Shown in pieces: positions 7,993 through 17,117 of a stretch of DNA of 43,244 nucleotides. The stretch's first letter is position 1. Each line of letters opens with the position of its first letter. The translations under genes and the position numbers were made by a program. The DNA is from a virus. The DNA lies in the IMG/VR virus record IMGVR_UViG_3300045988_091428, positions 1 to 43,244 of that record; one strand, given 5' to 3'. The notes beneath the pieces are model-generated. The model searched no databases. It saw only the letters and a list, made by a program, of their open reading frames with translations, and was not told the origin of the DNA.

Positions 7993-8313
7993 TTATCCTC
8001 TATCTTCCATAATTTCTATGCCATAATTTATACATACATCATACTCAATGACACATCCTCTATAATTCATCCAATCGCCTATAAATAAAACTAAATCACA
8101 TTCACTTAATAATTCTAAAGATTTACCTACCCAATAGACACCACTATTCTTCACATCTTTTGGTTCATCTTCTGTAAAATAACTTTCAGCTACTTCAAAA
8201 CCTTCATTTAATCTACGTGATAATCTTTCAATAGCTTTATCTCTTGCTTCTATAATTTCATCTTGCGTTTTACCACGCATTGGTTGACTTACAAATAATC
8301 TTCTCATAATCAT
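7993..8313 (-). CDS. DUF4406 / nucleoside 2-deoxyribosyltransferase-like protein
   Basis: SQPMRGKT...GFEV...LLSECDLVLFIGDWMNYRGCVIEYDVCINYGIEI fits the PM.G...CD..L.GW..S.G...E...A...G pattern. Confidence 0.55.
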   Translation of the reverse strand: MIMRRLFVSQPMRGKTQDEIIEARDKAIERLSRRLNEGFEVAESYFTEDEPKDVKNSGVYWVGKSLELLSECDLVLFIGDWMNYRGCVIEYDVCINYGIEIMEDRG

Positions 8314-8327
8314 TTGAGAGTTGGGGG

Positions 8328-11036
8328 TTATTCAACCCCTAACTCGTCCGCCTTTTCTTCAATCTTTGTCATCATAGAAACTGCTTTTGTTTTAGTTAAA
8401 GTCATTTCGCCTTTTTTGAATTTTTCAAGGTTGACTAAAGTTTTTTCACCATATCCTGGTTTCTTTTCTTGACAAGCTTTGATTAAATCAATCATTTCAT
8501 CTACATAAGTCATAGTTGGTTGGTCGTCATTTACGACTTCTTGTTTAGCTTCTTCTCTTTCTTCTTTAGTTGGAGGAGGTGTAGGTTTAGATTTTTTAGG
8601 CTCATCCTTTGTTACATTTAAAGGTTTTTCTTCCGCTTTTCTATCTTCTTTAGCCGACTCTGGGTCGATTTCATCTTGCGTTTCTGGTAACAAGAAATTA
8701 TTTAATACGAAGTATTTGATAGCCATTGTTTCAGCTTTGTAAATACCCTTATCCAAATTGTCACTACCTTCTGCAATAATTGGATAATCTTCATGTTCTC
8801 CTGTATCTGGGTCAATCAAACTCATATTTCCTTGAATGGTAATCAAGTTCATATTTTTAGTTTTTTCAAGAGGTGTGAATAATCTATTTACAATAGATAA
8901 TTTGTAAATCAATCCAACTTCTCTACATCCTTGTCCTAATACTTTACGATAGTAAGATGACTTAATGTATTCATATCCTTGTGCATCATTGTACCCATCT
9001 GTAATGTAAGGTTGTTTTGCTAAATATAGACCTAAATCAAAAATCTTTTTATATAGAGCAGGTCTTGGCTCTAATTTTGTTTTAGCTACTGCCATTTTCT
9101 TTTTCTCCTTTGTTTTCTTATTTTCTTTAATGCCTAGAAAATCATTTATTCTTTTCTTTGCAAGATTAATATACCACTCTTTATCAATAGTGTCAATAGT
9201 AATTTTACAAGAATTGTCTATAAGTGCATGGGGTGGACAATTTTGAATTGTATCTTTTCTAATAAAGAAATCTCCTTTTTCATCCGTTTCCCATGTTTTC
9301 TTATAGCTTTTCTTTCCTTTTTGATTGATATAGTATCTCGCCCATGTTTCTTCAAATTCTATTTCTTGAACCAATTCTTTACTCAAATATGTTTTCTTTA
9401 CTTTTTTAACTGCACCTAGAGTTTTATCTTTAACTGCATAGATACGATTTACCCTTTGTACTTCTATTTCTTCACCATTTACATAATAGACCGTCTTATC
9501 ATATTTACTTCCTGTTTTTCCAATAAGTTGGAATTGGAAAGGGTCATTACAAGCCATAATTGTATCTTCTACGGGAACATCATTGATGAAATAATCAATG
9601 ATAGCTTTCGCTGCAATAGAAAATGAATTGTGTTTGAATGATGGCTTATAATCGCTCACATAAGCACCTTTTACTTTCAACGAACCATCTTCTTTTTCAA
9701 GGATATAATTGTTTACGTCCTTGATAATATAACGCTTGATACCCTCAATTTCTAATTCTAGACGTGTTCTCTTTTGCCATTCATCCATAACTGCATTGGC
9801 TATATCCATTTCGCTTTCATGAATGATAAAAGCGACACCATCTGTATTTACATTAGTAAGTCTAATCGTCTTACATTGCTTACATAACTCAACACATAAA
9901 TCCGTCAATAGTAGCTGTCCTGTGACACATACTGAACGACCATTTCTAGGGTCATAACAATCACTAAACTGTTGTAATGAGATACCATAAACTGTATTGA
10001 TAGGTACTTTAAGAGAATTTGCTACTCTCTTGTCACCTCTGTGTTTAGCGTCAATACGTTCTTTCTTCATATTGAAGAATTTATTAGGGTCTGGTACTGC
10101 ACGGCTCGTAAGTCCATATTCTTCCATCAATGATGGATATAGGGAGGTTACATCCGCAATCTTTTGGACATACCCATTCTCATTTACAATGATTTCATTT
10201 TGAACACTCGCATGAACTCCGCCCCATGCAAATACCCATTCCAAACCTAAAAAATCAATTTTAAGTTTCTTATTGAAAAGTACCTCCGTAGGGATGTTTT
10301 CATCAAAAGCTTGGTAAAAGAAATCCTTTACTTCTTTAGGAATATTGCCCCAATTTACTGTATCTGGGAACTGAATATCTCTTTCATCATCAAACTCGCA
10401 CCTTTCAGCACCTAAAGAGATACTCGCTAACTGCCCATTTGTTCGATATAAGGACTCTTCTGGTGTCAAACCTTCTCTTGTACCATTGAATACTTTAGCC
10501 TCTAAATAGTCCATTCTTTCGTCAATTAAACGTGATGTAGAGTCGACATCATGGTGACAATAGAATAGCATTTCGTCAAACTCCTCTTTAGTCCACGGAT
10601 GGTCTATTTTGAAATCTACAGTTGACTCTTGAATATCCATTAACATATTACCTTCAAGTTCCTTTAAAGATTGTCTTAAAGGCATATCCAACATGAGGTC
10701 GCTTGTAGGTGGTATTTTGATGTACGGTTGGTCGAATGGATATGTCCATCCATCTTGTTGTTCAACGATAATATAATCGTTAATATCCTTAATATAATCT
10801 GGTGTATAATGATTTAAAACACCTTTGAGAATGTAATTATCATAATGTTTATTGTTATATCCTACATAGATAAAATCATGTTCATTGATAAAATCCTCAA
10901 CACCTTGCGGGTCATTATGGAAATCATAGAACTGTCCTGTTTGTCTATCTTTGATACATAATAACCAATCATAGGCTGTGACTTCAAAGTCGAAAGCTAC
11001 TAGTCTACTTTTCCACCCATCATTTTCTTTTCCCAT
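8328..11036 (-). CDS. family B DNA polymerase fused in frame to an ERF-like single-strand annealing domain
   Basis: Exo motifs FDFEV, YVGYNNKHYDNYIL, YCHHDVDS. Pol motifs DVTSLYPS, KVPINTVYG, NTDG. The C-terminal 255 aa (from MAVAKTK) carry an ERF-like ...GSDNLDKGIYKAETMAIKYFVLNNFLL...DEIDPE. Confidence 0.8.
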   Translation of the reverse strand: MGKENDGWKSRLVAFDFEVTAYDWLLCIKDRQTGQFYDFHNDPQGVEDFINEHDFIYVGYNNKHYDNYILKGVLNHYTPDYIKDINDYIIVEQQDGWTYPFDQPYIKIPPTSDLMLDMPLRQSLKELEGNMLMDIQESTVDFKIDHPWTKEEFDEMLFYCHHDVDSTSRLIDERMDYLEAKVFNGTREGLTPEESLYRTNGQLASISLGAERCEFDDERDIQFPDTVNWGNIPKEVKDFFYQAFDENIPTEVLFNKKLKIDFLGLEWVFAWGGVHASVQNEIIVNENGYVQKIADVTSLYPSLMEEYGLTSRAVPDPNKFFNMKKERIDAKHRGDKRVANSLKVPINTVYGISLQQFSDCYDPRNGRSVCVTGQLLLTDLCVELCKQCKTIRLTNVNTDGVAFIIHESEMDIANAVMDEWQKRTRLELEIEGIKRYIIKDVNNYILEKEDGSLKVKGAYVSDYKPSFKHNSFSIAAKAIIDYFINDVPVEDTIMACNDPFQFQLIGKTGSKYDKTVYYVNGEEIEVQRVNRIYAVKDKTLGAVKKVKKTYLSKELVQEIEFEETWARYYINQKGKKSYKKTWETDEKGDFFIRKDTIQNCPPHALIDNSCKITIDTIDKEWYINLAKKRINDFLGIKENKKTKEKKKMAVAKTKLEPRPALYKKIFDLGLYLAKQPYITDGYNDAQGYEYIKSSYYRKVLGQGCREVGLIYKLSIVNRLFTPLEKTKNMNLITIQGNMSLIDPDTGEHEDYPIIAEGSDNLDKGIYKAETMAIKYFVLNNFLLPETQDEIDPESAKEDRKAEEKPLNVTKDEPKKSKPTPPPTKEEREEAKQEVVNDDQPTMTYVDEMIDLIKACQEKKPGYGEKTLVNLEKFKKGEMTLTKTKAVSMMTKIEEKADELGVE

Positions 11037-11185
11037 TCTTCCACTTCCTCTTTCTTGAAATAAATTCTACCGTTTACAGGTAATTTATGATAAGGCAACC
11101 CTTTCATATCTTTCCATCTGTCAAGGGTTCTTTCACAAATCCCCCAACGTTTTTGTAAATCTTTTTTAGTCAATTTTTCTTCCAT
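11000..11185 (-). CDS. small HTH_17 (excisionase/MerR-like) DNA-binding protein
   Basis: LTKKDLQKRWGICERTLDRWKDMKGLPYHKL...IYFKKEEVEEW. Confidence 0.55.
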   Translation of the reverse strand: MEEKLTKKDLQKRWGICERTLDRWKDMKGLPYHKLPVNGRIYFKKEEVEEWEKKMMGGKVD

Positions 11186-11187
11186 AA

Positions 11188-11550
11188 TTAAACATCCTTT
11201 CTATGCTTTTTAAAATATTCTAAATCGAATGGTTTCTTTCTTATCCAATATTGTCTTTTCAAGGTATTTCCTCTACCTTCTGCTTGTTTGAGATAACTTG
11301 CTTTTACATCAAATTCATTAGCAATATCTTTGATAGTTCCTGTAAATATGACTTTACCTCTTACGTCATATACTTCTCTCGTTTCTTCTCTTGCTTTATA
11401 TTCATCAAAATAATTCTCTATAAGAAAAGCCATGTATCTCGTTCTTTTCATTTCTCCACCAATTGCTATAAACTCGTCATAGCGAGGCGAACGAAGATAT
11501 AAGGAATAGAAATCTTCTATCAATTCTAAATTTTCTTTGTTTGTTTTCAT
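11188..11550 (-). CDS. hypothetical protein
   Basis: 120-aa ORF, tightly packed in the operon. Confidence 0.5.
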   Translation of the reverse strand: MKTNKENLELIEDFYSLYLRSPRYDEFIAIGGEMKRTRYMAFLIENYFDEYKAREETREVYDVRGKVIFTGTIKDIANEFDVKASYLKQAEGRGNTLKRQYWIRKKPFDLEYFKKHRKDV

Positions 11551-12101
11551 TACAATATCTCACCTTCTTTGATTTCATAAAATTTATAAGGCTCAATCTC
11601 AATAAAATCATCTACTACAATAAATTTATATTCACATTTGATTGATAAATAAAGGTCTTTATCATCTACGAGAAACTCTCTTTCAAATTTCCCTAAATCC
11701 TTACCTTTATTATTGATACCAATATATTCCGCTATTCTAGGCTCGTCTAGAATTTTAAAATTATCATTGGCTTTCAATATATCTAACCACGATTGATAGA
11801 GTTTAGAATTAAGACGAATACCATAGAATCCTTGACTGTCTGGTTTCTTCAAATCCGTACCGAATTTCTTTTTGTCATGTGCTATTCTTCTATAGTCTTT
11901 AGTTGTAGCAATCTTTAAAGATTGCTTTTGAGTACGACTGTCGGTATAAGGGAGAATAAGTTCACATTGAATATCCTGTTCTTTTCTAAACTCTTTAAGT
12001 AGTTTAATAGCTTGTTGAGTATTATTCAGATACCTAAAGTAATCTGAATAAAGCCTATGCCATGATGGTATCTTAAACGTTCTCTCTATCAATTCTATCA
12101 C
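11550..12101 (-). CDS. hypothetical protein
   Basis: 183-aa ORF with start/stop overlaps to its neighbours. Confidence 0.5.
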   Translation of the reverse strand: MIELIERTFKIPSWHRLYSDYFRYLNNTQQAIKLLKEFRKEQDIQCELILPYTDSRTQKQSLKIATTKDYRRIAHDKKKFGTDLKKPDSQGFYGIRLNSKLYQSWLDILKANDNFKILDEPRIAEYIGINNKGKDLGKFEREFLVDDKDLYLSIKCEYKFIVVDDFIEIEPYKFYEIKEGEIL

Positions 12102-13375
12102 ATCCTTTGTCTAAAATTATCTAAAGCGTCAACATTGAAGTCCATACCTCGAGATACTCTTTCATAAATATCTTCTTCTACAGTATCTTTTGTAATCAAC
12201 CAATGGTAACTACATTTATTGGTTTGTCCATTTCTATGTATACGTGCCATAGCTTGGTCGATAACTGTACTTGATTGATTGGGTTCATAGAAAATCATAT
12301 TGCTGGAAGCAAACAAATCAATTCCTGCATTGGCTGAACGATATTGACATACGATAGCTTGAATACTCTCATCCTCTTGAAAATCTTTCCATATGGATTT
12401 ATTTCTTTGTTGTCCATCCAATGTTACATACTTGATTTTTTTCTTTTCTAGAAGCTTATGAATTTGAGACAGAGAATAAGTAAACTCTGCAAAGATAACC
12501 AATTTACCATTTAAACTGTCAATAAGTTCATCTAGCATTTTTATCTTCTCACATTTTAGTTCATGAAGTTCTTTGTAATCATCTATTACAAATCCACTAC
12601 ACAACTGTCTTAATTTCACAATGACCGACATAGGATTTCCTATGTTCATATCAAATTCTTCTATGAAGTTTTCTAAAGCTTCTTTATACTTTTTCTTTTC
12701 TTTTAACTCACAATCAATGATGTTTGGAGGTAACATATCTGGTAAATCAAGACATGACTTCTTATCTATATAATACGCTTTTTCACTTATTTTGTCTAGT
12801 AATTCTTGAACATTTCTATATTTTACTATTATCTTGACATAAGTACCTGGTAATTGTCTTTGTACAGTATGATGTGCTAGAAACTCATTATAAGTTCCTA
12901 AATAATTAGGAAGAATAAAATCAATTTGAGAATAATAATCCTCATAGTGTCCATTATGCATAGGTGTACCTGTCATAATATATCTGTATTTGCTCATATT
13001 TTTAAGTTTATGAATAAATTTAGTACGTTTGGTATTTCTATGTGCTATACAATGTGACTCGTCCAATACGATACAATCCCATGCTTTCTCGTACTCTTTT
13101 CTTCTCCACACCATATCATAAGATACGACAACTAAATTTTTAAGATGTTTTCTTTTTCTTTTTGGAAATTTTTCAATATCTCTATGCCATGAACCTTTAG
13201 TTGAAGCAGGGCATATAACTAAAGCGTTTTCTATTTCTCTAGCCATAAATAGGTTACATAAATGACAAAGAACTCCTAAAGTTTTGCCAGTTCCTTGCTC
13301 ACAAAAAAATGCAAAACTTTTATTTTGCGTAGCTAATTCTACCATCTTTTTTTGATGACTAAATAATTTTACCAC
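12098..13375 (-). CDS. SNF2-family (SF2) helicase/ATPase
   Basis: Walker A EQGTGKT, motif II VLDESH, motif VI ARIHRNGQ. Confidence 0.85.
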   Translation of the reverse strand: MVKLFSHQKKMVELATQNKSFAFFCEQGTGKTLGVLCHLCNLFMAREIENALVICPASTKGSWHRDIEKFPKRKRKHLKNLVVVSYDMVWRRKEYEKAWDCIVLDESHCIAHRNTKRTKFIHKLKNMSKYRYIMTGTPMHNGHYEDYYSQIDFILPNYLGTYNEFLAHHTVQRQLPGTYVKIIVKYRNVQELLDKISEKAYYIDKKSCLDLPDMLPPNIIDCELKEKKKYKEALENFIEEFDMNIGNPMSVIVKLRQLCSGFVIDDYKELHELKCEKIKMLDELIDSLNGKLVIFAEFTYSLSQIHKLLEKKKIKYVTLDGQQRNKSIWKDFQEDESIQAIVCQYRSANAGIDLFASSNMIFYEPNQSSTVIDQAMARIHRNGQTNKCSYHWLITKDTVEEDIYERVSRGMDFNVDALDNFRQRM

Positions 13376-14051
13376 GATATTTCACTTCCGCTTCTTTTCT
13401 AATTTGAATTGCTTCATCTAAAGTTTCAGTTCTTCCCAAATATTTATTTCTACCTTTTAAACTAATTGAAACATACCATTTGTTTCTTGCTTTGTCATAT
13501 CTAACACCATGATAACCACTAGTATTATTTTTATACATCGACATATTATTCATATTTTCTTGATGACTACATATCCTTAAATTATTTCTTCTATTATCAC
13601 ACACACCACTTTTTACAGGAAAAATATGGTCTATTTCTTCTTTTTCAGAAGGGTTCATAATTGCCCTATGAAAAAATAAAGATTTTCTTTTGTTTTTAGT
13701 ATGAGCATACCCATGTCTGTCTTCTCGCCAACAATATTTTTTAACTATTTCTAAATCTTCTTTATCACATATGAAAAACCTATCAACATTTGAAAATTTA
13801 ACAAATACAACATTATTAAATAGGAAGTAATCGTTATACTTCCTATTTCTTTCTATTAATTTTTCTCTGAAATAACACCCACAACTTTGAACTTTTCCAG
13901 ATATTAAATCTGTTTTAGTAACTAATTTTTCTTTTCCACAATTACATCTACATAGAAAATAATGTCTTTTACTTTTCGTTCCTTCTTTTATCATTATCCC
14001 CATATCTTTTATAATTTTTAATCTACCATATCTTTTTTCCATTAATATCAC
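13359..14051 (-). CDS. HNH homing endonuclease with an AP2 DNA-binding domain
   Basis: IDHIFP...DNRRNNLRICSHQENMNN is the HNH part. SGYHGVRYDKARNKWYVSISLKGRNKYLGRTETLDEAIQIRKEAE is the AP2 part. Confidence 0.8.
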   Translation of the reverse strand: MILMEKRYGRLKIIKDMGIMIKEGTKSKRHYFLCRCNCGKEKLVTKTDLISGKVQSCGCYFREKLIERNRKYNDYFLFNNVVFVKFSNVDRFFICDKEDLEIVKKYCWREDRHGYAHTKNKRKSLFFHRAIMNPSEKEEIDHIFPVKSGVCDNRRNNLRICSHQENMNNMSMYKNNTSGYHGVRYDKARNKWYVSISLKGRNKYLGRTETLDEAIQIRKEAEVKYRGKII

Positions 14052-14096
14052 CTCTTGTCATTATTTGTAAGTAAATGAAGTATTTGTTTTTGGTGT

Positions 14097-14384
14097 TTAA
14101 ATAGTTTCATTATTCATCAACCATTCTTTCCATTCTTTTTCTGTAAAACCAATAGTCGGCTTTCCGTTTCCGCTATCAATATTTACTCTATTAGTCATAA
14201 TTTTACATGCTTTATCTAATGCTTTTTCTAATTTTAAAAAATGATAATCATAAGCTTGTCTGACTCTAAATATCGGTACCAATTCAGCTCCATTTGTATA
14301 AACTTCTTTTTTATCCTTAAAACTATAAGAATTTACAAAATCCATTAAATTATTTCCCATATCTTGCATTTCCATTACATCCAC
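14097..14384 (-). CDS. hypothetical protein
   Basis: 95-aa ORF in operon context. Confidence 0.5.
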   Translation of the reverse strand: MDVMEMQDMGNNLMDFVNSYSFKDKKEVYTNGAELVPIFRVRQAYDYHFLKLEKALDKACKIMTNRVNIDSGNGKPTIGFTEKEWKEWLMNNETI

Positions 14385-14632
14385 CCCAATTCTTTACATT
14401 GTTGATTGATAGCTCTTAACATTGCTACATCCGTCTTGATAGCACTATTCCATGTGTTGCGATAAGTGAATTTTTTATCTTTAAATTCAACTGTGAATAT
14501 ATCAAAACCGCTATCATCATCTTCATTGCCTATTGCTTTTTCATAAACGATATGTTCTTTTCCATAGCAAATTGATGTATTTTTTCTAAAGCCTAATTCC
14601 TTGAACATTTCAAACGCTGTCATTCTATCCAC
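14375..14632 (-). CDS. hypothetical protein, paralog of 14620-14829
   Basis: MFKELGF...LRAINQQCKELGWM compared with MFEELGY...LQAINQQVKELGWIE. Confidence 0.55.
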   Translation of the reverse strand: MDRMTAFEMFKELGFRKNTSICYGKEHIVYEKAIGNEDDDSGFDIFTVEFKDKKFTYRNTWNSAIKTDVAMLRAINQQCKELGWM

Positions 14633-14829
14633 CCTAATTCCTTTACTTGTTGGTTGATTGCTTGAAGTTCTCCAATGAAAACTCCATTACCACTTATTTC
14701 AATAAATCGTCGGTTCTCCGTATGGAACTTAATCCAATCTTTGTTTGTTGGGTTTTCATACAAGATTGTTCTTAATTCACCTTCTATAAAACTTTTCGTT
14801 AGCGAGGTATATCCTAGCTCTTCAAACAT
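14620..14829 (-). CDS. hypothetical protein, paralog of 14375-14632
   Basis: Shared N- and C-terminal motifs with the downstream gene. Confidence 0.55.
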   Translation of the reverse strand: MFEELGYTSLTKSFIEGELRTILYENPTNKDWIKFHTENRRFIEISGNGVFIGELQAINQQVKELGWIE

Positions 14830-14843
14830 TTCTTGTACTGTAA

Positions 14844-15107
14844 TTATCTTTCACCTCCTTTAAGAGCGTCTTGTTGAGTGACAATACCGTCTTTGTTTCT
14901 AAAAACATCTTTCTCTTTACTTTCTTGCGTTTTTCTAAATCTTAAAAGTCTTTCAATATAGACATCTGCGAATGCCCATGCTTCATTGAGTGTATTAAAT
15001 TTACCTATCATTTCATGTCCTAAATACACTCTATATTCCAAATAGTCATGTTCTATTGAAGCATAAATATTAATTTTATTATTAAGATATTCATCCCAAT
15101 AATTCAT
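14844..15107 (-). CDS. hypothetical protein
   Basis: 87-aa ORF. Confidence 0.5.
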   Translation of the reverse strand: MNYWDEYLNNKINIYASIEHDYLEYRVYLGHEMIGKFNTLNEAWAFADVYIERLLRFRKTQESKEKDVFRNKDGIVTQQDALKGGER

Positions 15108-15176
15108 TTTAATCCATCTCCTTTAATTTTGTTTTAATATCTTCACATAAATCTGGGACAATATGAAGTTCATCTT

Positions 15177-15440
15177 TCATAAATCATCATCCTTCCATTT
15201 TAAAGTCATTACTAATTCTTTAAATTCTTCATAAAAAGTATTAAAACTATCCCAATCATAGAATTTTGTACTTCTGAGATGATACTTCCCTACAGTATCT
15301 ACAATGTAATAAAACCTATAATAACTATTTCTAACACCTACTTGAATATCATTTACATCCTTGAAAATCAAAGTATTACCATCTTTTAGATATTCATCAA
15401 AACCCCTTTGGTTCATCCATTGTTTATTCACTTTACCCAT
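15177..15440 (-). CDS. hypothetical protein
   Basis: 87-aa ORF. Confidence 0.5.
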   Translation of the reverse strand: MGKVNKQWMNQRGFDEYLKDGNTLIFKDVNDIQVGVRNSYYRFYYIVDTVGKYHLRSTKFYDWDSFNTFYEEFKELVMTLKWKDDDL

Positions 15441-15441
15441 C

Positions 15442-15561
15442 CTAAATCACTCCCATCATTTTAAGTATGAACATCAATATTTCAACTATTGCCCATGAAA
15501 AACAAACCAATATATCAATAACTAAAAATCCTTCTAAAAATTCTTTTATCTTTTCTTTCAT
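15442..15561 (-). CDS. 39-aa transmembrane peptide
   Basis: GGAGGTG RBS. MKEKIKEFLEGFLVIDILVCFSWAIVEILMFILKMMGVI. The ORF is below the track's size cutoff. Confidence 0.45.
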   Translation of the reverse strand: MKEKIKEFLEGFLVIDILVCFSWAIVEILMFILKMMGVI

Positions 15562-15562
15562 T

Positions 15563-16069
15563 TTAGTTCACCTCCTTATATACCTTTAAAGTTTTAGTTC
15601 CTTTTTCTAAAGCTTCTTCATGCGAAGATACATAAATATCAATCTTATTACCTATGATTTTATTTCCTGTATCTTCTGCGGTGTATTCTATCCCTTCTAT
15701 GATTACTTTACTGTCAAGTGGTATTACATTAGGGTCTACAGCTATCGTATGTTTAGGACGAGGAATTGTGCCTCTATAAGTAATGTTTCCCCATACACCA
15801 TTACAAATATCACAACCACAATAATAAGTGATTTTAAACTCTCCTATACATTCTACAGTTTTAACTTCATGCACTACATAAGGTTCTTGATTTAACAGTA
15901 TATGACACATAGTATCAACTGTCTTTTTTTCTTTTACGACTTTGTTATATTTAGTAGTCAAATCATTATAATCTTCAACTAGATTGCTATGTTTGTAACT
16001 GACAAAGATAAGAGAAAATAACATCATCCATGTTACTATGGTAGACAGGACTTTTTCATATTTTTTCAT
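15563..16069 (-). CDS. membrane-anchored 3D-domain protein (MltA/RlpA-like DPBB cell-wall-binding or lytic fold)
   Basis: N-terminal TM. ITYYCGCDICNG...TIAVDPNVIPLDSKVIIEG..YTAEDTGNKIIGNKIDIYV is a 3D-domain signature. Confidence 0.7.
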   Translation of the reverse strand: MKKYEKVLSTIVTWMMLFSLIFVSYKHSNLVEDYNDLTTKYNKVVKEKKTVDTMCHILLNQEPYVVHEVKTVECIGEFKITYYCGCDICNGVWGNITYRGTIPRPKHTIAVDPNVIPLDSKVIIEGIEYTAEDTGNKIIGNKIDIYVSSHEEALEKGTKTLKVYKEVN

Positions 16070-17115
16070 AAGTCCTCACCCCATCTTTGTACAAAATCAA
16101 ATGGATACTGAACAGCTAAACTTTCAAATATAGCTTCAATCACACTTACTACAATACTATTTCCAGCCTGTTTATATAAAAATCCTCTTAATTGGTTTGA
16201 AGTAGGATTGAATTTTTTATGTAAACTTGCTTTAGCCAATTCATAATCTTTATTATCAAATCCCATTAATTGCCAACAGGTAAGAGTATTTAGATAATGA
16301 ATGTCCATATTTTTAAAATTTTCTCTTAAATTCATATCTTCTGAAATTTTCATACTATATAACTTGGTGGAAGCATTTATACCTCCACCATCACTAATAG
16401 CAATTCTTGTAGTGATAGTAGCACAAATACTGTTTGTTCCCATTACTTTATCCAATGGGTTCTGATGTGATTTCCATTTAGAAATTCTTTCAAGCCATTT
16501 ATCATCCATAGAAGTATCTTCATTGCATGGAGAACAATAGTCCTCAAATTTTGTTTCTAATTGTACAGGTGATGGAAATTCAAATCCCGTATCTATATCT
16601 TTACGAATAGAAATACCGAATACTCTTTCTCTATTTTGAGGTGTTCCGTAGTCTTTGGCATTTAATACTTTGTAATAAGTATTATATCCTGCTTCGTCTA
16701 AAGAACTTAAAATAATTTCAAATTCTTTAGCAAACTTCTTTGATGTCAAATTCTTAACATTTTCAAAAATAGCAAATTTAGGTTTTGTTTTCTCAATAAC
16801 TTCTAATGCATTGAAGAATAAACCGCTTCTTGTAATATTCCCATCTTTATCAAATAATCCCTGTTGCTTTCCTGCAAGACTTATATCTTGACATGGAAAA
16901 CCATAGGTAATCAAATCTATATTTCCTAATTTTGAATAGTCTATTGATGTAACATCTTTTAAATTCATATCTTCATCTACATTGTGAATAGCTGAATACG
17001 AACATGAAGCTTGTTCATCAATTTCACAATAATGGTCTAGTTCAAAATCAATATCTAAATTTTCAAGTGCTTTTTCAAAAGCACCTATACCGCTGAATAA
17101 GCTTAAAACTCTCAT
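16066..17115 (-). CDS. dcm: DNA (cytosine-5)-methyltransferase
   Basis: Motif I LFSGIGAF, IV GFPCQDIS, VI ENVKNL, VIII QNRERVF, X GNSIVV. Start moved to ATG 17115, which lies behind an AGGAGG RBS. Confidence 0.85.
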   Translation of the reverse strand: MRVLSLFSGIGAFEKALENLDIDFELDHYCEIDEQASCSYSAIHNVDEDMNLKDVTSIDYSKLGNIDLITYGFPCQDISLAGKQQGLFDKDGNITRSGLFFNALEVIEKTKPKFAIFENVKNLTSKKFAKEFEIILSSLDEAGYNTYYKVLNAKDYGTPQNRERVFGISIRKDIDTGFEFPSPVQLETKFEDYCSPCNEDTSMDDKWLERISKWKSHQNPLDKVMGTNSICATITTRIAISDGGGINASTKLYSMKISEDMNLRENFKNMDIHYLNTLTCWQLMGFDNKDYELAKASLHKKFNPTSNQLRGFLYKQAGNSIVVSVIEAIFESLAVQYPFDFVQRWGEDL

Positions 17116-17117
17116 AA

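Noticed and set aside
15109-15180. 23-codon minus-strand ORF (MKDELHIVPDLCEDIKTKLKEMD) between 14844-15107 and 15177-15440
   Set aside because: It is plausibly coupled (ATGA overlap), but it is too short to support without conservation data.
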